A stretch of DNA of 64,000 nt from Gnetum montanum (Eukaryota > Plantae > Gnetophyta). The notes under the pieces are model-generated. The model was not told where the DNA came from, made no database searches, and worked only from the letters and a program-made list of their open reading frames with translations. Of the stretch, positions 1-13,269 are shown one piece after another. The DNA lies in the NCBI GenBank assembly GCA_015680685.1, contig MNCI01002227.1:439223-503222 (forward strand), given 5' to 3'. The position numbers were made by a program, and so were the translations under genes. Within the stretch, counting starts at the first letter, position 1, and every line of letters starts with the position of its first letter.

Positions 1-559
1 TTGTGTATGGAAATAAAGGTGAACTTCTTGGATAAACCTTGCAGTGCATGGACTAAGCTAAAGAGGACTTTATGTATTGTTATTTATTATTTATCATTTA
101 AATGATTTATTAGTTCATTAAATCTCTCTCAACCCTTCTCTCCTAGTTAAGTGCATTCAGTACGATCGCTTCGAGCACGTGCGTTACGCTTGGTGATCCC
201 AGTAATGAATAGCATTTGGTAACCAAGGTTGCATTGGTTCAGGGTGTGAACAATAAGTGGGAACGGGTACTAATGCTAGGTTAATTAAGGCTTAGTTAGT
301 TAAATTTATTTAATTAGTCTCTTCACCGTTCACCTCATTAGCATAGGAGATAAAACAGAAAAGATATAAAAATCATATACCTCAGACTTACTTAACCATA
401 AAACCGTGACAAACACAAGTAAGTCTGGGAAGACAACGAATGATTAACCTTAAGTTTTCCATGAGGCATGTAGGAACCTAGTCTGCGGAGTTTGATCGGA
501 TAGCACGTGTAACGCTCGTATTTGTATGGTTGAGTGTAGGGGTACCTCGCCACTCATCA
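1..559 (+). repeat. Athila-like LTR, 3' part (3' LTR or solo LTR; runs off the window start)
   Basis: Reverse-complement homologue of LTR 3503-4324; ends GGTACCTCGCCACTCATCA at 559 and is not followed by a PBS. Confidence 0.9.
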
Positions 560-1116
560 ATGTCCAACAAGAAGACCTTAATTGATTATAGAGTCTTGAA
601 CTTGAAGGGTTTTAGACGTCATCTTCAATTGATAATCACAAAAGGAGAAAAGGTTTTATGGGTTAAAAATTTTATGAGGACTACATACATTAACTAAAGA
701 GAGTTGGTAGAGATCGAATAAAATGTAGAAAAAGCAAAGAAACTACAAAACATAGAAAAAGCTACTAAACATGAACTACAAATGAGGCAGAAATGAAAAA
801 CATTAGAAGTAGCACGAAGTGCTTTCAAGGAATTTGACCCCTCATTAGTGTTATGGTTGTAATATTATTTAATGTTACCGATGTGTTATGGAATAATGTT
901 ACTAGTTTGTTACATAAATATTAAATTAGAAAATTATTTTCTACAATGTTAGGGATACCATCCAACATGCAACAAATAATAAAATATAGCTTCAAGGTAA
1001 GTTCAAGGTTGTGATATTGTGCAGTTCCTTCTTGACATCGAAAAGGTTAATGATGATGAAATTTGGAATTTTGACTTTTGTGAAAGTGAATTGTTTTCTA
1101 TATCTACTTTTTCAGA

Positions 1117-2032
1117 AGTGTTATGGACAAAAAATTATTTAGTGTTACTAATAGCCTCTCACTAAAGTGTTATGGATGAAATATTATATTTAGCATTAGT
1201 GATAGCCTCTTCCTAAAGTGTTATGAATAAAATATTATATTTAGTGTTATCAATGGCCTCTCCCTAAAGCATTAAAAAAAATTTATATTTAGCATTAGCA
1301 ATCTATGATTGGTAGTTGGCCTCTTGGCCAAAATAAGTTTTCTTGATTATCATGATTTTTTTCATTAGATTAGTTATTTTTAAGAAGTTTTTGTATTTTC
1401 TTAGTTTGTTAATAATTTAATTAGTTCTTCTTGTACTTTTTTATTATATCATTATTACTTTTTAGTATTATCATTTATTTATTTTTGTTGTGTATAAATT
1501 TTGTTATCATTTGTTGCTTGTTCAAGTCGTATATTACTTTTATTTATAGTTTAATTATTTTGATTTTGTTATTTTGTTTTTTTAAAATATTTCTTATAGG
1601 TATTTTTTATTATGTTTATTATATTCATAATTTTAACTTAGTTTATTTGTTTGCCTACATTTACAATAGGTTATTGATTATTGTTTTATTTTTTTCATTT
1701 TTTATTGTTTGAGAACTGACATTATCTAAGAACAAAAATAGAATGTTGCCATAGCTACCTATACATTAGCATCTTCTTTATCCTTTTCTTTTGTTTTTTT
1801 TATTCATCCCTTTTTTATTATTGTTTGTTTCTTTTTGGCTGAGAGGCCAACTACTATATTAGTAATGCTAAATAATGCTAAATAATATTCCATTCATAAT
1901 GGTAGAGGAAGAGCTTATTGGTAACCCTAAATAAGATTTCATCCATAACATTCTAAGGAGAGTCTATTTGTAATGGTAAATAAAATAAGAGCCTATCTAT
2001 AATGGTAAATAATATTTTATTCATAACACTAG
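1117..2032. repeat. Foldback/inverted repeat with ~50-bp internal tandem units (possible non-autonomous DNA transposon relic)
   Basis: 1117-1333 (units like AAAGTGTTATGGATGAAATATTATATTTAGCATTAGTGATAGCCTCTTCCT) is inverted at 1833-2032; GGTAGTTGGCCTCTTGGCCAAAA (1311-1333) vs TTTTGGCTGAGAGGCCAACTACT (1833-1855); T-rich spacer. Confidence 0.65.
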
Positions 2033-3143
2033 CATATTTGCTCCAAGTAATCTATGGCTTCTATGTTTATGTATTCTTAATAAAATTTGGAAGGGCACAT
2101 GAGTATGTATGGAAACAACAATTCATGAAAATTTAAAATATTTTGTACCACAAGATTTAGTACCGAACTTGGAATTAGTTATTCTTCTCATCATGAAATC
2201 TTGGCAATCTAACCAAAATTGTTATAGAATACATAGAATTTCATAAAATGACAACTTGGATAATTTTTAATATAATAGATGAACTAAACTTCAACTTTAT
2301 TTTTCAAGATTCCCTTAGCCAAATTATAGAGATATATATGAAATATATAACTAAACTAGTTAATATTTTTCCTTTTTTTTCATGGTTTTGTTCTGTTAAC
2401 TTTTTTCTTTGTTGTATTTTATAATTTTCATTTTTTGTGTTTTTATTATATATAACTTTTTTTAAAAGAGAATTTAATAGTTATGTTGTTTGAATTTGTT
2501 GTATTATTGGTTTGTATATTGGTTGTTTGTTAGTTTATAATTTTTTTCATTTTAATAAACTTGGTTTTTAGTATACATTGAGTGGCAATGTTGAAGTAGG
2601 TTGATTTCACAAAATATTATTTGTCATAGTTTAAAATTTTTTTCCCCTTTTGTATATTGTCCAAGTGGATTTTGTGTTTGTGTTTGTCTTATGTTGCTAT
2701 ATTTCTTTGTCATAGTTTTCCTCTTTGTGATTTATTGAAAAATTCTGAATTTCTGAAGGTAAGGCCTAGCTTGATGATTGTGGCAATAGTTGTTCAGTAT
2801 AAATGAAGGCTCTTGATTTATGTTTTACTAGCTTGATTTTTTTGTGTTTATGCTGAGATGCAATTTTTGTTGGTTTTGTTTGCATTTTGGATATGTTATC
2901 TTTTGTGAGTGGTTGGTTCCATATTATGCTTTAGGATGGATTAGTTTGTTTGGTTTATAATTTATGTGAGTGTTTATCATTCACATCAACTATTTTTTTT
3001 AATGTTTGGTTTTAGTTGTAGCATTTAGATTAAAGGTTGTTTTATTTTTTTTGGTATTATTTTTTATAATGGTACATTGTAGCATATATAATAGGAATTG
3101 TTTTGTTGGAATACTTTGTTTAATATGCACTTTATTAACAATG

Positions 3144-3215
3144 AGGTGTTAGCCTAGTGGTATAAATCTTAGCCTAGTAACTCCAAGTCATAGGTTTCAT
3201 TCTACTAGGTAGTAC
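3144..3215 (+). mobile_element. Degenerate tRNA-derived SINE head or tRNA pseudogene
   Basis: Pol III A box TAGCCTAGTGG (3150-3160) and degenerate B box GGTTTCATTCT (3193-3203) at tRNA-like spacing; no clean cloverleaf. Confidence 0.5.
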
Positions 3216-3502
3216 TGAGTTGTAAACTTCTATAACTCTTGGGGTGTACCTATGTTTCAATTATTTGGAGTTCTAATATCATTCCACATCTTGTTTAATT
3301 TGTACTTTTTTGGTTAGAAATGACTTAATTTAATGTATCAAAGATATGTTGATGTAAATATTAGTGCACAAAATGGAAATCTAAGCTTTTCTGTGTAATT
3401 AATTTTTATGAAGGGTAATTCATCACATGTTTCATAAGTTACCCCTTTATTTTATCTTGGGTTAATTTCAAATAATTTTCATGAAAGATAATCCCCCATA
3501 TG

Positions 3503-4324
3503 TGATGAGTGGCGAGGTACCCCTACACTCAACCATACGAATATGAGTGTTTCACGCATGATTCGGTTGAACTCCAAGGGCCAAGTGCTTATGCGCCTTA
3601 ATGGAACACATAGGGTTAATCAATAGTTGTCTTCCCAAACTTCCTTGTATTGTTACGGTTGTATGGTTAAGTAAGCTTGAGGTATATGATTTTTATAGCT
3701 TTTGTATTTTTTATGTCTTTTGCTAATAAAGGAGAGGGAGAGAGAACTAAGTGACTAACTTACATTAACTATTCATTAACTAGTTTCTAAATGTTTCTAA
3801 CACCAGTATTCATTCCCACTTGCCATACACATCCTAAACTAGTGCAACGTTGATGGGATTACCAAACGCTAATCGTTACTAGGTTACTGAGCACTACACA
3901 CATGTTCGAAGCAGTCATACTGAGTGTATTTAACTAAGGGGGTTGAAGGCTGAGAGAGGTGTTAATTAACTAGGAAAGCATTAAACGATCATTAATTACT
4001 AATTAGCTTAATCTATATGTTGCAAGGTTTATCATAAAGTTCATCTTTATTATCATACACAAAATTGTGCTTAGGTACAAATTGTTCAAATAAAGATATG
4101 TTCACTCTATGACTCCTACTGCGGGCACACAAAAATAATTCTAACTCTAGAATGAAAAAACTGCAAGAGTTTGGCTAAGGGTCTAAGTCTAACTACCTTG
4201 GAACCAAGGGTGCCACCTCTTATTTATAGAAGATGAGGTAGGACACGATATCACGTATGTGATATCACGTGGTGGATGTGATATCATGTATGCGATATTT
4301 CTTACGTGATATCATGGCTCATCA
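3503..4324 (-). repeat. Element A 3' LTR
   Basis: Direct repeat of 11003-11849; preceded on the minus strand by PPT-like TCAGTCATGGGGGTA. Confidence 0.95.
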
Positions 4325-4340
4325 TACCCCCATGACTGAA
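4325..4340 (-). promoter_or_regulatory. Polypurine tract of element A
   Basis: TTCAGTCATGGGGGTA directly abuts the 3' LTR; same motif precedes the B and C 3' LTRs. Confidence 0.8.
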
Positions 4341-5999
4341 TAAAAACTCATCCTTGAGTTCCTTACAAAATATTGGGAAGGTATGGGATTATTAACTTGA
4401 ATGACAACTAATGGTGAATGGGATGACATGTGAATGGATCAACATTACAATACATGACAACATTACTGTTCATGATCACAAGAGTGAACACTATACACAA
4501 TTGACATCCAGCCTTATTTGGTAGCTAAGAGAGAAGAGAGAGAGAGAGAAAAGAAGAAGACGTGTTACTGCCAACATCAAGATTGTACCTTTCATTGTCC
4601 ATCCATAACCACGCCATCAATCTTGTTCCTTGCACAACTGTTTAGGCACGAGTCCATCTTGAGTGTTTCCTCCAAGTCCAGTCGTTTGTTGTATGATTGC
4701 CATCTGCACACACAACATAGTCACATATGAACAAGGATAAGTAAATCACAATACAGTTGATACCTTGCCTCGGTGTAAGGCCCATTGGCTAAGTTGTGAT
4801 ATGGCCAATACAGATTCTAAAGATATAATATTGGTGACTACCCAAGGTGTAGGGGTTAGGAAAAATTGAAAAAATTGGACCAGGGCCCCCATGACTAAGA
4901 GTGATACTCCAGTAGTGATAGAATGGAAAAAGATAAGGAATAAGAAAGATAGAGAAAAAGAACCAACGACAATGCCGATAAAATGGATGTTAGAGGTGGG
5001 AATGAAACAACAAAAAGTTGATTGCAGAAATGTTTAAGGGAAAGAAGTTAACTGATGCACCAAATAGGAATGCCAATGGGTCCTCCCCAAAGTAAGCTCA
5101 TGCCCTTTATGCCCTGACAGACCTACATTCAAAGAGTCCATAGGCTTTGGAAATGTCATTTGGGAGCAAGAGTTAAAGACTTAACCCCAAGAATTTACCA
5201 AAGAGAAAACAATGCATCAACCAAAATATAGACTACTAATACAACCGGCAATGAGGTGGAAAATGGAGAAAGAATGATGGGGAGAAGAGAAGGGAATGGG
5301 GTCCCAAGAATAAGGTGGTGTATAGCCCCTTGTGTATGTATGGTTAATGTGACTGAGTAGATCTCATTCCAAATCTAGCCTCAAACAATCCACATCTAGT
5401 GACTTCGCATTAATACACTTGGCCAATCCATCCACTTGAAGTAAAAAGAATGCTTCCGCCAAAGAGTCACCACCATTCCGAGGAAATGAGAAAGGGAAAA
5501 TTAGGAAGCGAGAGAGTTATAATGTTTGATAATGTTATATAATTTGATACTAAGGAAATGTATGGATGATGTGGACTCATTTCCTGTTATATCAAAAGAA
5601 CCATGCCTTAGTATCAACATTATCACTCAAAGGTAAAAATCAAACATTAGCAATCAATAGAATACAGTTCATACCACCATCAGGAGCATGTATTAGGTGA
5701 CGAATCTAACAAAACAAAAACAGCAAACAAAGACAAAAAATAAGAACAAAAACAAAAACAAAAACAAATAAAATAAACAGTCACACAAAGAAATGAAAAA
5801 GTATAAATGATGTTGTAAAAAAAAACAAGAAAAATTAAAGAAATTTGTAAAACAAAAATGTGTAAAACAAAAACTTAAAAAGGAACTGAGGGCCTCAAAT
5901 GGTTAGCAAAGTTGGCCGTCTCCCCCATGACTGAGTTCAAAGGAGCAGATCCGAAATAGTGAGTAGGGTCATCCCTTTTGAGAGGTATTATGTGCACTA

Positions 6000-6263
6000 A
6001 CCATTCTAAATTCATGGAAGGGTTTGGTCTATTGCACATTGACTAATAATATCTTATTAGGGCTCTCAGGTTTGTATATGGTCATGGCCCCTGAAGGAAA
6101 GGTTGCATGAATAATGTAAGGTCCTTCCCACGGTGTTTAAAATTTTGTGCATTGTGGCACATGTGTGGGGATCCAGTAGAGAACCTTATCTCCTGGTTGA
6201 TACTTAACCTTTCGAATCTTCAAGTCATGATGTTGCTTGTTATATGCCTTGTGCATCTCATTT
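6000..6263 (-). pseudogene. Integrase C-terminal (GPY/F) remnant of element A
   Basis: Manual translation HKAYNKQHHDLKIRKVKYQPGDKVLYW...WEGPY; fused to truncated RNase H at ~6263. Confidence 0.8.
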
Positions 6264-7565
6264 GATGACATCCATTAATTCTTTCTCTATAGTTGTGTAG
6301 TTAAGTTGTGCACTAACGATACTTCTACTTGCACAGTGGATGTAGTAAGGGTGTTTTTGGTCATCTAACTATGTAAGTATGGCTCCTAAAGCATAATTGG
6401 ACACGTCAATCATTATGTGGAATGGTCTAGACCAGTCAGGAGCTTGTAGAATGGGAGTTTCTACAAGATTTCATTTCAGAGTTTGGAATGCTTATTCACA
6501 TTCCCTGGTCCACTTAAAAGGTACATCCTTCTTTGTTAGCTCCACCAATGGTTTAGAAATCTTGGAAAAGTTCTCAAGGAATCTCCTATAGTAGCTAGTG
6601 TGTCCAAGGAATGACCGAATGTCTTTGATAGTTTTCAGTTGACGGGTGATTCCTTGGATGACCCTAATTTTATCTTGGTCTACCTCTATTCCTGCATGTA
6701 AAACCTTATGCTCAAGTACTATGCCTTCTTGGACCATTAAATGTTTTTTCTGCTAGTTGAGCCTTAAATTGATTTCTATGCATCTTTTCAGCACTTGCTC
6801 TAATTGGTCCAAGGCTTGATCAAAACTTGTTCCATAGGTGGAGAAGTCGTCCATAAAGACTTCCACTCCGTTTCCTATCTGCTATTGGAATATTCTTAGA
6901 ACTAGGTGTTGAAACGTGTCAGGAGCATTACACAAGCCAAATGGCATTTGTTTATATGCAAACGTTCCCCAAGGATTGGTGAACGTTGTCTTGGCTTGGT
7001 CTTCTAGGGCTATCTATATTTGGTTGTATTCACTATAGCCATCCAGAAAACTGTAATAGCGATGCCTTGCTATGGTGTCTAACAATGAGTCAATGAATGA
7101 CAACAGAAAGTGATCCTTAAATGTTACCATGTTCAGCAGCCTAAAATCTATGCACACCCTCCATTTGCCTCCCTTTTTAGGCATGATCACCAGAGGGCTA
7201 ACCGATTCGCTATCAGCAATGGGATATATGAACCTAGCCTTAATAAGTTTTTCTATTTCTTCTTTTACTACTTGCTTCAATTTTGGGTTCAATCGCCTCT
7301 ACGGTTGTTTTCAAGGTTTCATGGAGGGATCAATGTAAATCCTATGCTGGCGTATCCTAGGATCTATTCCAGTTAATTCGAGATATGACCAGGCAAAGGA
7401 TTTTGACCACTTGTGTATTACTTTCAGCAATCTTCCTTTTTGTTTGGAAGCAAGTCTTACGTTGATGATTACTAGTTTTCCATTTTCAAGAATCATATAT
7501 TCTAGACCGGTGGGCAATGATTTCAATTCTAGGGGCTCTTGTTTAAATTTTTTAGGAATTTCCAA
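6264..7565 (-). pseudogene. Reverse transcriptase plus N-terminal RNase H of element A (stops/frameshifts)
   Basis: ORFs 7311-7565, 7014-7292, 6492-6737: PKKGGKWRVCIDFR, FLDGYSEYNQI, VFMDDFS, IRSFLGHTSYYRRF, PILQAPDW..PF, NYTTIEKEL. Confidence 0.93.
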
Positions 7566-7849
7566 CTTCCCCTAGTTGATGTTTTCAAGGTTAAGGCTTG
7601 GAAGTTGGCAACAGACTTGCTCTAGTGCGTCTATGATTTCGATGTAAGCGCAAGTTATTCCCTCAGTTAGTTCCATGCACGTTAGTGAGTTGCTCTCTTG
7701 ATTAGCTATCAACCACTAGGTGTCTTCTTGTCATGTGGCTGTTGCATATAGGCACTTTTGTATGTTAATGTCTTGTGCACATCGGTTGCATGCAAGCAAT
7801 GCTAAACTTTGCACAACCCATGATCTCTGCATGCAATTGCACCCTGTAT

Positions 7850-8300
7850 CATTGTATGCGATGTATGGAACCTAATTCTTCTCGATCTTTCCAAAAGTGT
7901 TCTCCTTAGATATTTCCAGGGAAAGATCTCGGATTCCTAGGCATGCATCTATAGTACTTAGCCATGCCCTTCCCATTATTATTGGGAAGTTCCGTTTATT
8001 GTTATTCACTTATATCACTAGGAAATCAACTAGGTACAGCCACCCACACATAGTGGCGATGATGTCTTCTACCAGTCCCAAGGGAATGGTGATGGACTAG
8101 TCGGCCAGCTCTAGGCGAATATTGCTCTTTTTTAATGGAGACAATTTCTAGGCTTTGTACATTTCTTGCGATATTAAGTTGACTCTAGAACCTGAATCTA
8201 GAAGAGCTTTGCATGGCTCATTCCCAATGATTTGGAGATAGATTAGAGGGCTTCCAGGATCAAAGAATTTCTTGGGAAGGTGGCCAACCTTGATCCAGTC
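7850..8300 (-). pseudogene. Aspartic protease of element A
   Basis: PKKFFDPGSP...KALLDSGSRVNLIS in ORF 8148-8783; downstream PIIIGRAWL-like segment. Confidence 0.88.
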
Positions 8301-10450
8301 AGTAACGACATGTGCTAACATAACCGTATGCGTTGAGCTTGGTGTTTGGTTCAAAGGGAGATCTGAAGCTTTATTTGATGGGGAGGCATTCAGAGGTTCA
8401 ACCGTTTGTGGTTGTAAGGGCTTGGTTGGACTGTTGGTTCTAAAGAAAGGTATTTTCTTTATACGGTTGTCAGAACCAACAGTGGATTGAGGGTTTATAG
8501 CCCTTGTGGCATTGTGTTGCTGCGGTTGAGTAGGGAGTTCCCCTTGCATTGCTGGAGCAGGTGGTAATGGAGCTATTGGTGTGAGAGTTGCAGATGGATT
8601 TGAAGGATGGTATATTTGTGGGTTATCTTCCATAGGAGAAGGATTTCTATAATACTCACAGGCTTGGTAGTGATGTTGTAGTGTAACGTGACTAACAGAG
8701 TCACGTGGAGAGATTGGATGCTGCATGTAGTAGCCATATGGGTCAGGTTGCTGGTAGGGGTATTGTTGCCTTGGTGGTGGCATCCCCCATGAATGTGGGT
8801 ATTTCCACTATTGATGTTGCTCAATGGGTTGTGGTGGAGTTCCACTTGGATAATATGTTGAAGGCTGGTGGAACTACCTTAGGTTACCTTGGGGATAAGG
8901 TAACCGTCGGGGTGCTTGCTGTTTATTTAGTCGTGGGTTGAGTGCATACACCCCAGACTCTTGTAGATGTGAGATCATTGGGCAACATCCCTTAGGATGG
9001 TCGTATTGGCATATCTCGCATTGACCATCATTTTCTGTGGCTGAATCCACAACCTTTTCTGTGATGGCCATTTTTCCCTTACCCTTATTACGTGCATTTT
9101 CCACTTCTTTCTTTTTCTTTTTGTCGTGATCACTACCTCGCTCCCTAGACTCCTCTACAATTTTAAGAACAATTTCAAACCTACTATCTAGGGGGTCCCA
9201 CATTTGGTCTACCTTTGCTGATACTTCTGTTGTTAACTTTTGGAAAGGCAAAGTTTTCCTATTCACCATCTCTTCAAGTGGTGACTCTTCTTCCTCCTCA
9301 CAAAATTTGACTTCCCTTTTTTAGAGGGAAGGATCTCGGTTGTATTCTTTTGCACTTTCTCTCTTTCATAGCTCATGTTCTTCTTTGGCAACTTGCTTTA
9401 ACAGTCTATGAATTTGATGAGACCTAAGCTCCAATAACCTTCCTTGGGCATATGTCCCAAGGGTTCTTCTTGTTTCATGCCTAAGTCCATCCACGAGATG
9501 GCGTAGTTGATCCTGCTGTGAATAACCATGGCTAGGGCAACAATGTAATAGTGCGTAATAGCAGCCCATGGCAACATTCAAGGGTTTATGATTTCCTTTC
9601 TTCCATCCTTCGGTTTTCTTTCATAGGTTAGACACTCGGGAGTACGTTTGGTACTTATCATTGAATAGTTCTAACATTGTACTCCACCTCTGAATGGATT
9701 TTGGTTCTAAGGATCGGTACCAGATTTCAGCTTCTTTCACTAGTGTCCTTGGGAATAACTTCAATTTTTGCCATTTGTTTTCTATGTTTTTCAAGGAACA
9801 TGCATCGTGGAATGCTTGTAAATAATTTTGAGGTTTAGCATTGTATCCCCCTTCGAATCATGGGATGTTGTTCATGTCTAACCTCTTGATCCTACTATCC
9901 TTTTGGTGCCTTGTTGGAACTCTTACGACCTCTGTTATATCTAGCATGCTTCTAGTTACTAATAGGGGTTCTTCATGATCGTCTCATTCATAGCGTCTAT
10001 GGTGTCTACATAGTTCCCTACTCTCCCTTCTTCTATGCCTTGATTTCTTAGAGTGCCCTCATCCTCGTTCTCGACTGTCTCGTCAATGTCTCTCACTTTG
10101 TTTTCCCCTATCCTCATGATTGGTTTCCCTATGATTATGTCCAAACACTGAAGGAGAGGGTGAAGATGACGATGAAGGTGAAGAAGAAGGAGAACCAGCA
10201 CCATGATAGTGTTTTCTACCTTCTCTTGGGTTGTCTCACCCTCAATTGTGATCATGATCAGAAAGTCCACCCTTATTGTGTGTTCGTGTTCCCTCGTTGA
10301 ACATTTGATGTTTATGGGTATCAGAACCATGGTTGTGAATAGTGGAGTGAAGGTTCTAATACACCACCTCCTAACCAATGTTAGGAGGAGGAACATCATT
10401 TTGTGGGAAACCTATTGAAGCAAGTTCACCATCCTCAATTTTTCTCAAAC
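8301..10450 (-). pseudogene. Gag of element A (degenerate)
   Basis: Manual translation NYLQAFHDACS...KLKLFPRTLVKEAEIWYRSL; CEICQYDHPKGCCP knuckle; Pro/Gln-rich linker. Confidence 0.85.
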
Positions 10451-10984
10451 CGTGCTGATCGTCATGGGGCCATTTACCCTTCAAGGATGTATGGTATCTC
10501 TCTTGTCGTAAGTCCCTTTGATGTTGCACTTCTGTGGAATGATAGTCCCTTGAGTCATGATTTCATGCAACATATTATGCATATAAAAGCGACATACCTA
10601 TTTGTGTGAGAGCACGAAGGAGCATGTTGGGAATTGATTGGTTTGGAGGCAACACTATGTTACCCTCCAAGTCTCTCAAACACAGTTGTTCATCTTGGTG
10701 GAGAATAAAGGTAAAATAGGGTACATACTCATTGGGATGAGTATATACCACATGAAACTATTGAGGAACTGGTGGATCCTGGTTACATGTATTATGTCAC
10801 CGACTGCCTCTTGTGTTAGTCCTAGGTGGTGAAGTGATCTTATGCGAAGAAGAAAACATTTTGTCTTATTTGGTGTGCAATGTACTATTGTCTTATCTTT
10901 CTTTGATTAACCCTAAGCGTTCATTCTAACGTTTCAATGATATGAATGATTTCCTATGTTCTATGTAGTGCACAAACAACTAGG

Positions 10985-11002
10985 TCCCTAGCAACGATGC
11001 CA
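10985..11002 (-). promoter_or_regulatory. Primer-binding site, tRNA-Asp type
   Basis: TGGCATCGTTGCTAGGGA, a CpG-decayed form of the Athila PBS TGGCGCCGTTGCCGGGGA. Confidence 0.88.
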
Positions 11003-11849
11003 ATGAGGTACCGCTACACTCAACCATACGAATACAAGCGTTTCATGCATGATCTGGTCGAACTCCAAGGACTAAGTGCTTATGCGCCTTAATGGAATAC
11101 TCAAGGTTAATCAATCGTTGTCTTCCCAAACTTACTTGTATTGTCATAGTTTTATGGTTAAGTAAGCTTGAGGTATATGATTTTTATAGCTTTTGTATTT
11201 TTTATGTCTTCTGCTAATAAAGGAGAGGGAGAGAGAACTAAGTGGCTAACTTACATTAACTATTCATTAACTAGTTTCTAAATGTTCCTAACATCAGTAT
11301 TTCATTCCCACTTGCCATACACATCTTGAACCAGTGCAACGTTGCTGGGATTACCAAATGCTAATCGTTACTGGGTTACCAAGTGCTACACGCATGCTCG
11401 AAGCAGTCATATTGAGTGTATTTAACTAAGGGGTTTGAAGGTTAAGAGAGGTATTAATTAACTAGGAAAGCATTAAATAATCATTAATTAGTAATTAGCT
11501 TAATCTATATGCTACAAGGTTTATCATCAAGTTCATCTTTATTGTCGTACACAAATTTGTGCTCAGGTACAAATTTTTCGAATAAAGATTCATTCACTCT
11601 ATGACTCTTACTACGGGCACACAGAAATAATTCTAACTCTGAAATGACAAAACTGCAAGAGTCTGGCTAAGGGTCTAAGTCTAACTACCTTGGAACCAAG
11701 GGCATCGCCTCGTATTTATAGAATATGAGGTAGGACGCGGTATCGCATATGCAATATCGTGTGGTGGATGTGATATTGCATATGCGATATCATGTACGCG
11801 ATATCACATCCACGATACGATATCGCGTACTCGATATCGTGGCTCATCA
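11003..11849 (-). repeat. Element A 5' LTR
   Basis: Direct repeat of 3513-4324; begins TGATGAG on the minus strand; U3 array of CGATATCG palindromes; TATA (tatttata at ~11713). Confidence 0.95.
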
Positions 11850-12171
11850 ATATGTTTGATGAGATATCACTTTGTTTTAAAAATTTTTGTTGAAATTACT
11901 TTGTTTAATGTAAGGAATGTTATTTTGAATGTTGATATTGCAAATAGAGTTAATGTTTGAAATGTTAGAGATTTGGTGTATTCTATCAAGCTTAACAATT
12001 TGAATAAGGTCTATATTATGTAACACTATAAGTAATGGTTTACATCATCTTAGTATGCAACATCACTATAGTGTTATATATTTAAATACTTAATTAAAAA
12101 ATTTATTAATTTATTCTATTAACTGATGTTAACTAATTTTAATTATTCATCGTATCTATTTTATTAATCAT

Positions 12172-13031
12172 CATTGTTCGTTGGCTATGTCAATGGGATC
12201 GTGTTGATGGAGGATTTGATGTGTTGATGCATAGGTGTTGACGCAGTGTCTTTTGTCACCTATATAAATGCGTGTTCCATTTGCATTTATGGCATCGTGA
12301 AGTTAGTAGTATAGCTAGGTTCTTGTAGTTTGCTTTTATAATAGTTAGAATATTTCCTAAGTGCTCATAGAAGGAGTTGAGAATTGTACAGATCTTTATT
12401 TGAGCACTGATGTACTTGGACGCTTTGGTATGAACAACAATAAAGACAAGCTTTTTTAATAAACCTTGTAGTACTTGAAATAACATAAATTTACTTTCTA
12501 TGTAATTTGACTTTACATGTGCTTAGTTAATATTTATGTTTCATGTAGTTAGTTAATATTTACATTTCCATGCATATTAATAAATTAGTGAAATGAACAC
12601 GACTAGTTTTGAGTGCAAGCACATATTCTCTTGGTAATCCCAGTAGCATTATTGCTTAGTTCACCTAGTAGCATAACAGTTGGTAATCTTAGTAGTGGAT
12701 ATGTGGGTTCAAGACTTGTATAGAAAATTTGGAATGAACACTCATCACCCATAGGCTATTTTAGCATTTATCTTCCTATTGTTAATTAGATTAAATAATT
12801 AATTTCTTTATTATCTTTAGGAGTAGCATAAGGCCAAAACAACATCAATAATCATATACCTTACTTTGGACTACACCATACATGATAAAGCTACCACTAG
12901 TCCAAGTGGCAAGACAATAAACTATGATTAATGCTTAACAATTTAGATGCACAACTAGTCCCATCCATGGAACTCAACCAGATCATGCGTAAATGCTTGT
13001 GGTTTGTATGGTTGGGCATAGGGGATACCCA
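12172..13031 (+). repeat. Element B 5' LTR (first ~8 nt lost)
   Basis: Direct repeat of 20665-21532; TATA CCTATATAAAT ~12259. Confidence 0.9.
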
Positions 13032-13269
13032 TGGGATGGTGCTAGTTATGTATATTAGTTATATTGTACATGACTGATGTAAAAGTATTAATGATTTATC
13101 TTTTAAAATATTTTAAACTTTGAAGTCACACACGATAAAACCATGTGTTCTTCACATAGGACCAAGTATGATGAGAACACTCATAGGAGAAATGATAGGT
13201 TCTATATTAAAGAGAATTGGAGTGAACAACCTTAAGCAAGGGTTTCATATGATCATTTTCATCCTTACT

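Larger units (their letters stand above)
3503..11849 (-). mobile_element. Element A: Ty3/gypsy Athila-like LTR retrotransposon, internally deleted
   Basis: Two LTRs, TGATGAG...CTCATCA termini, perfect 5-bp TSD ATATG (3498-3502 / 11850-11854), tRNA-Asp-type PBS, PPT, gag-PR-RT-RH-INT remnants. Confidence 0.95.

Noticed and set aside
1431-1712. 93-aa hydrophobic ORF
   Set aside because: By-product of T-rich low-complexity sequence; TTG start, no domain
2600-3100. Splice-donor-like GAAG|GTAAGG at ~2759 suggesting a host exon
   Set aside because: No supporting ORF or partner exons
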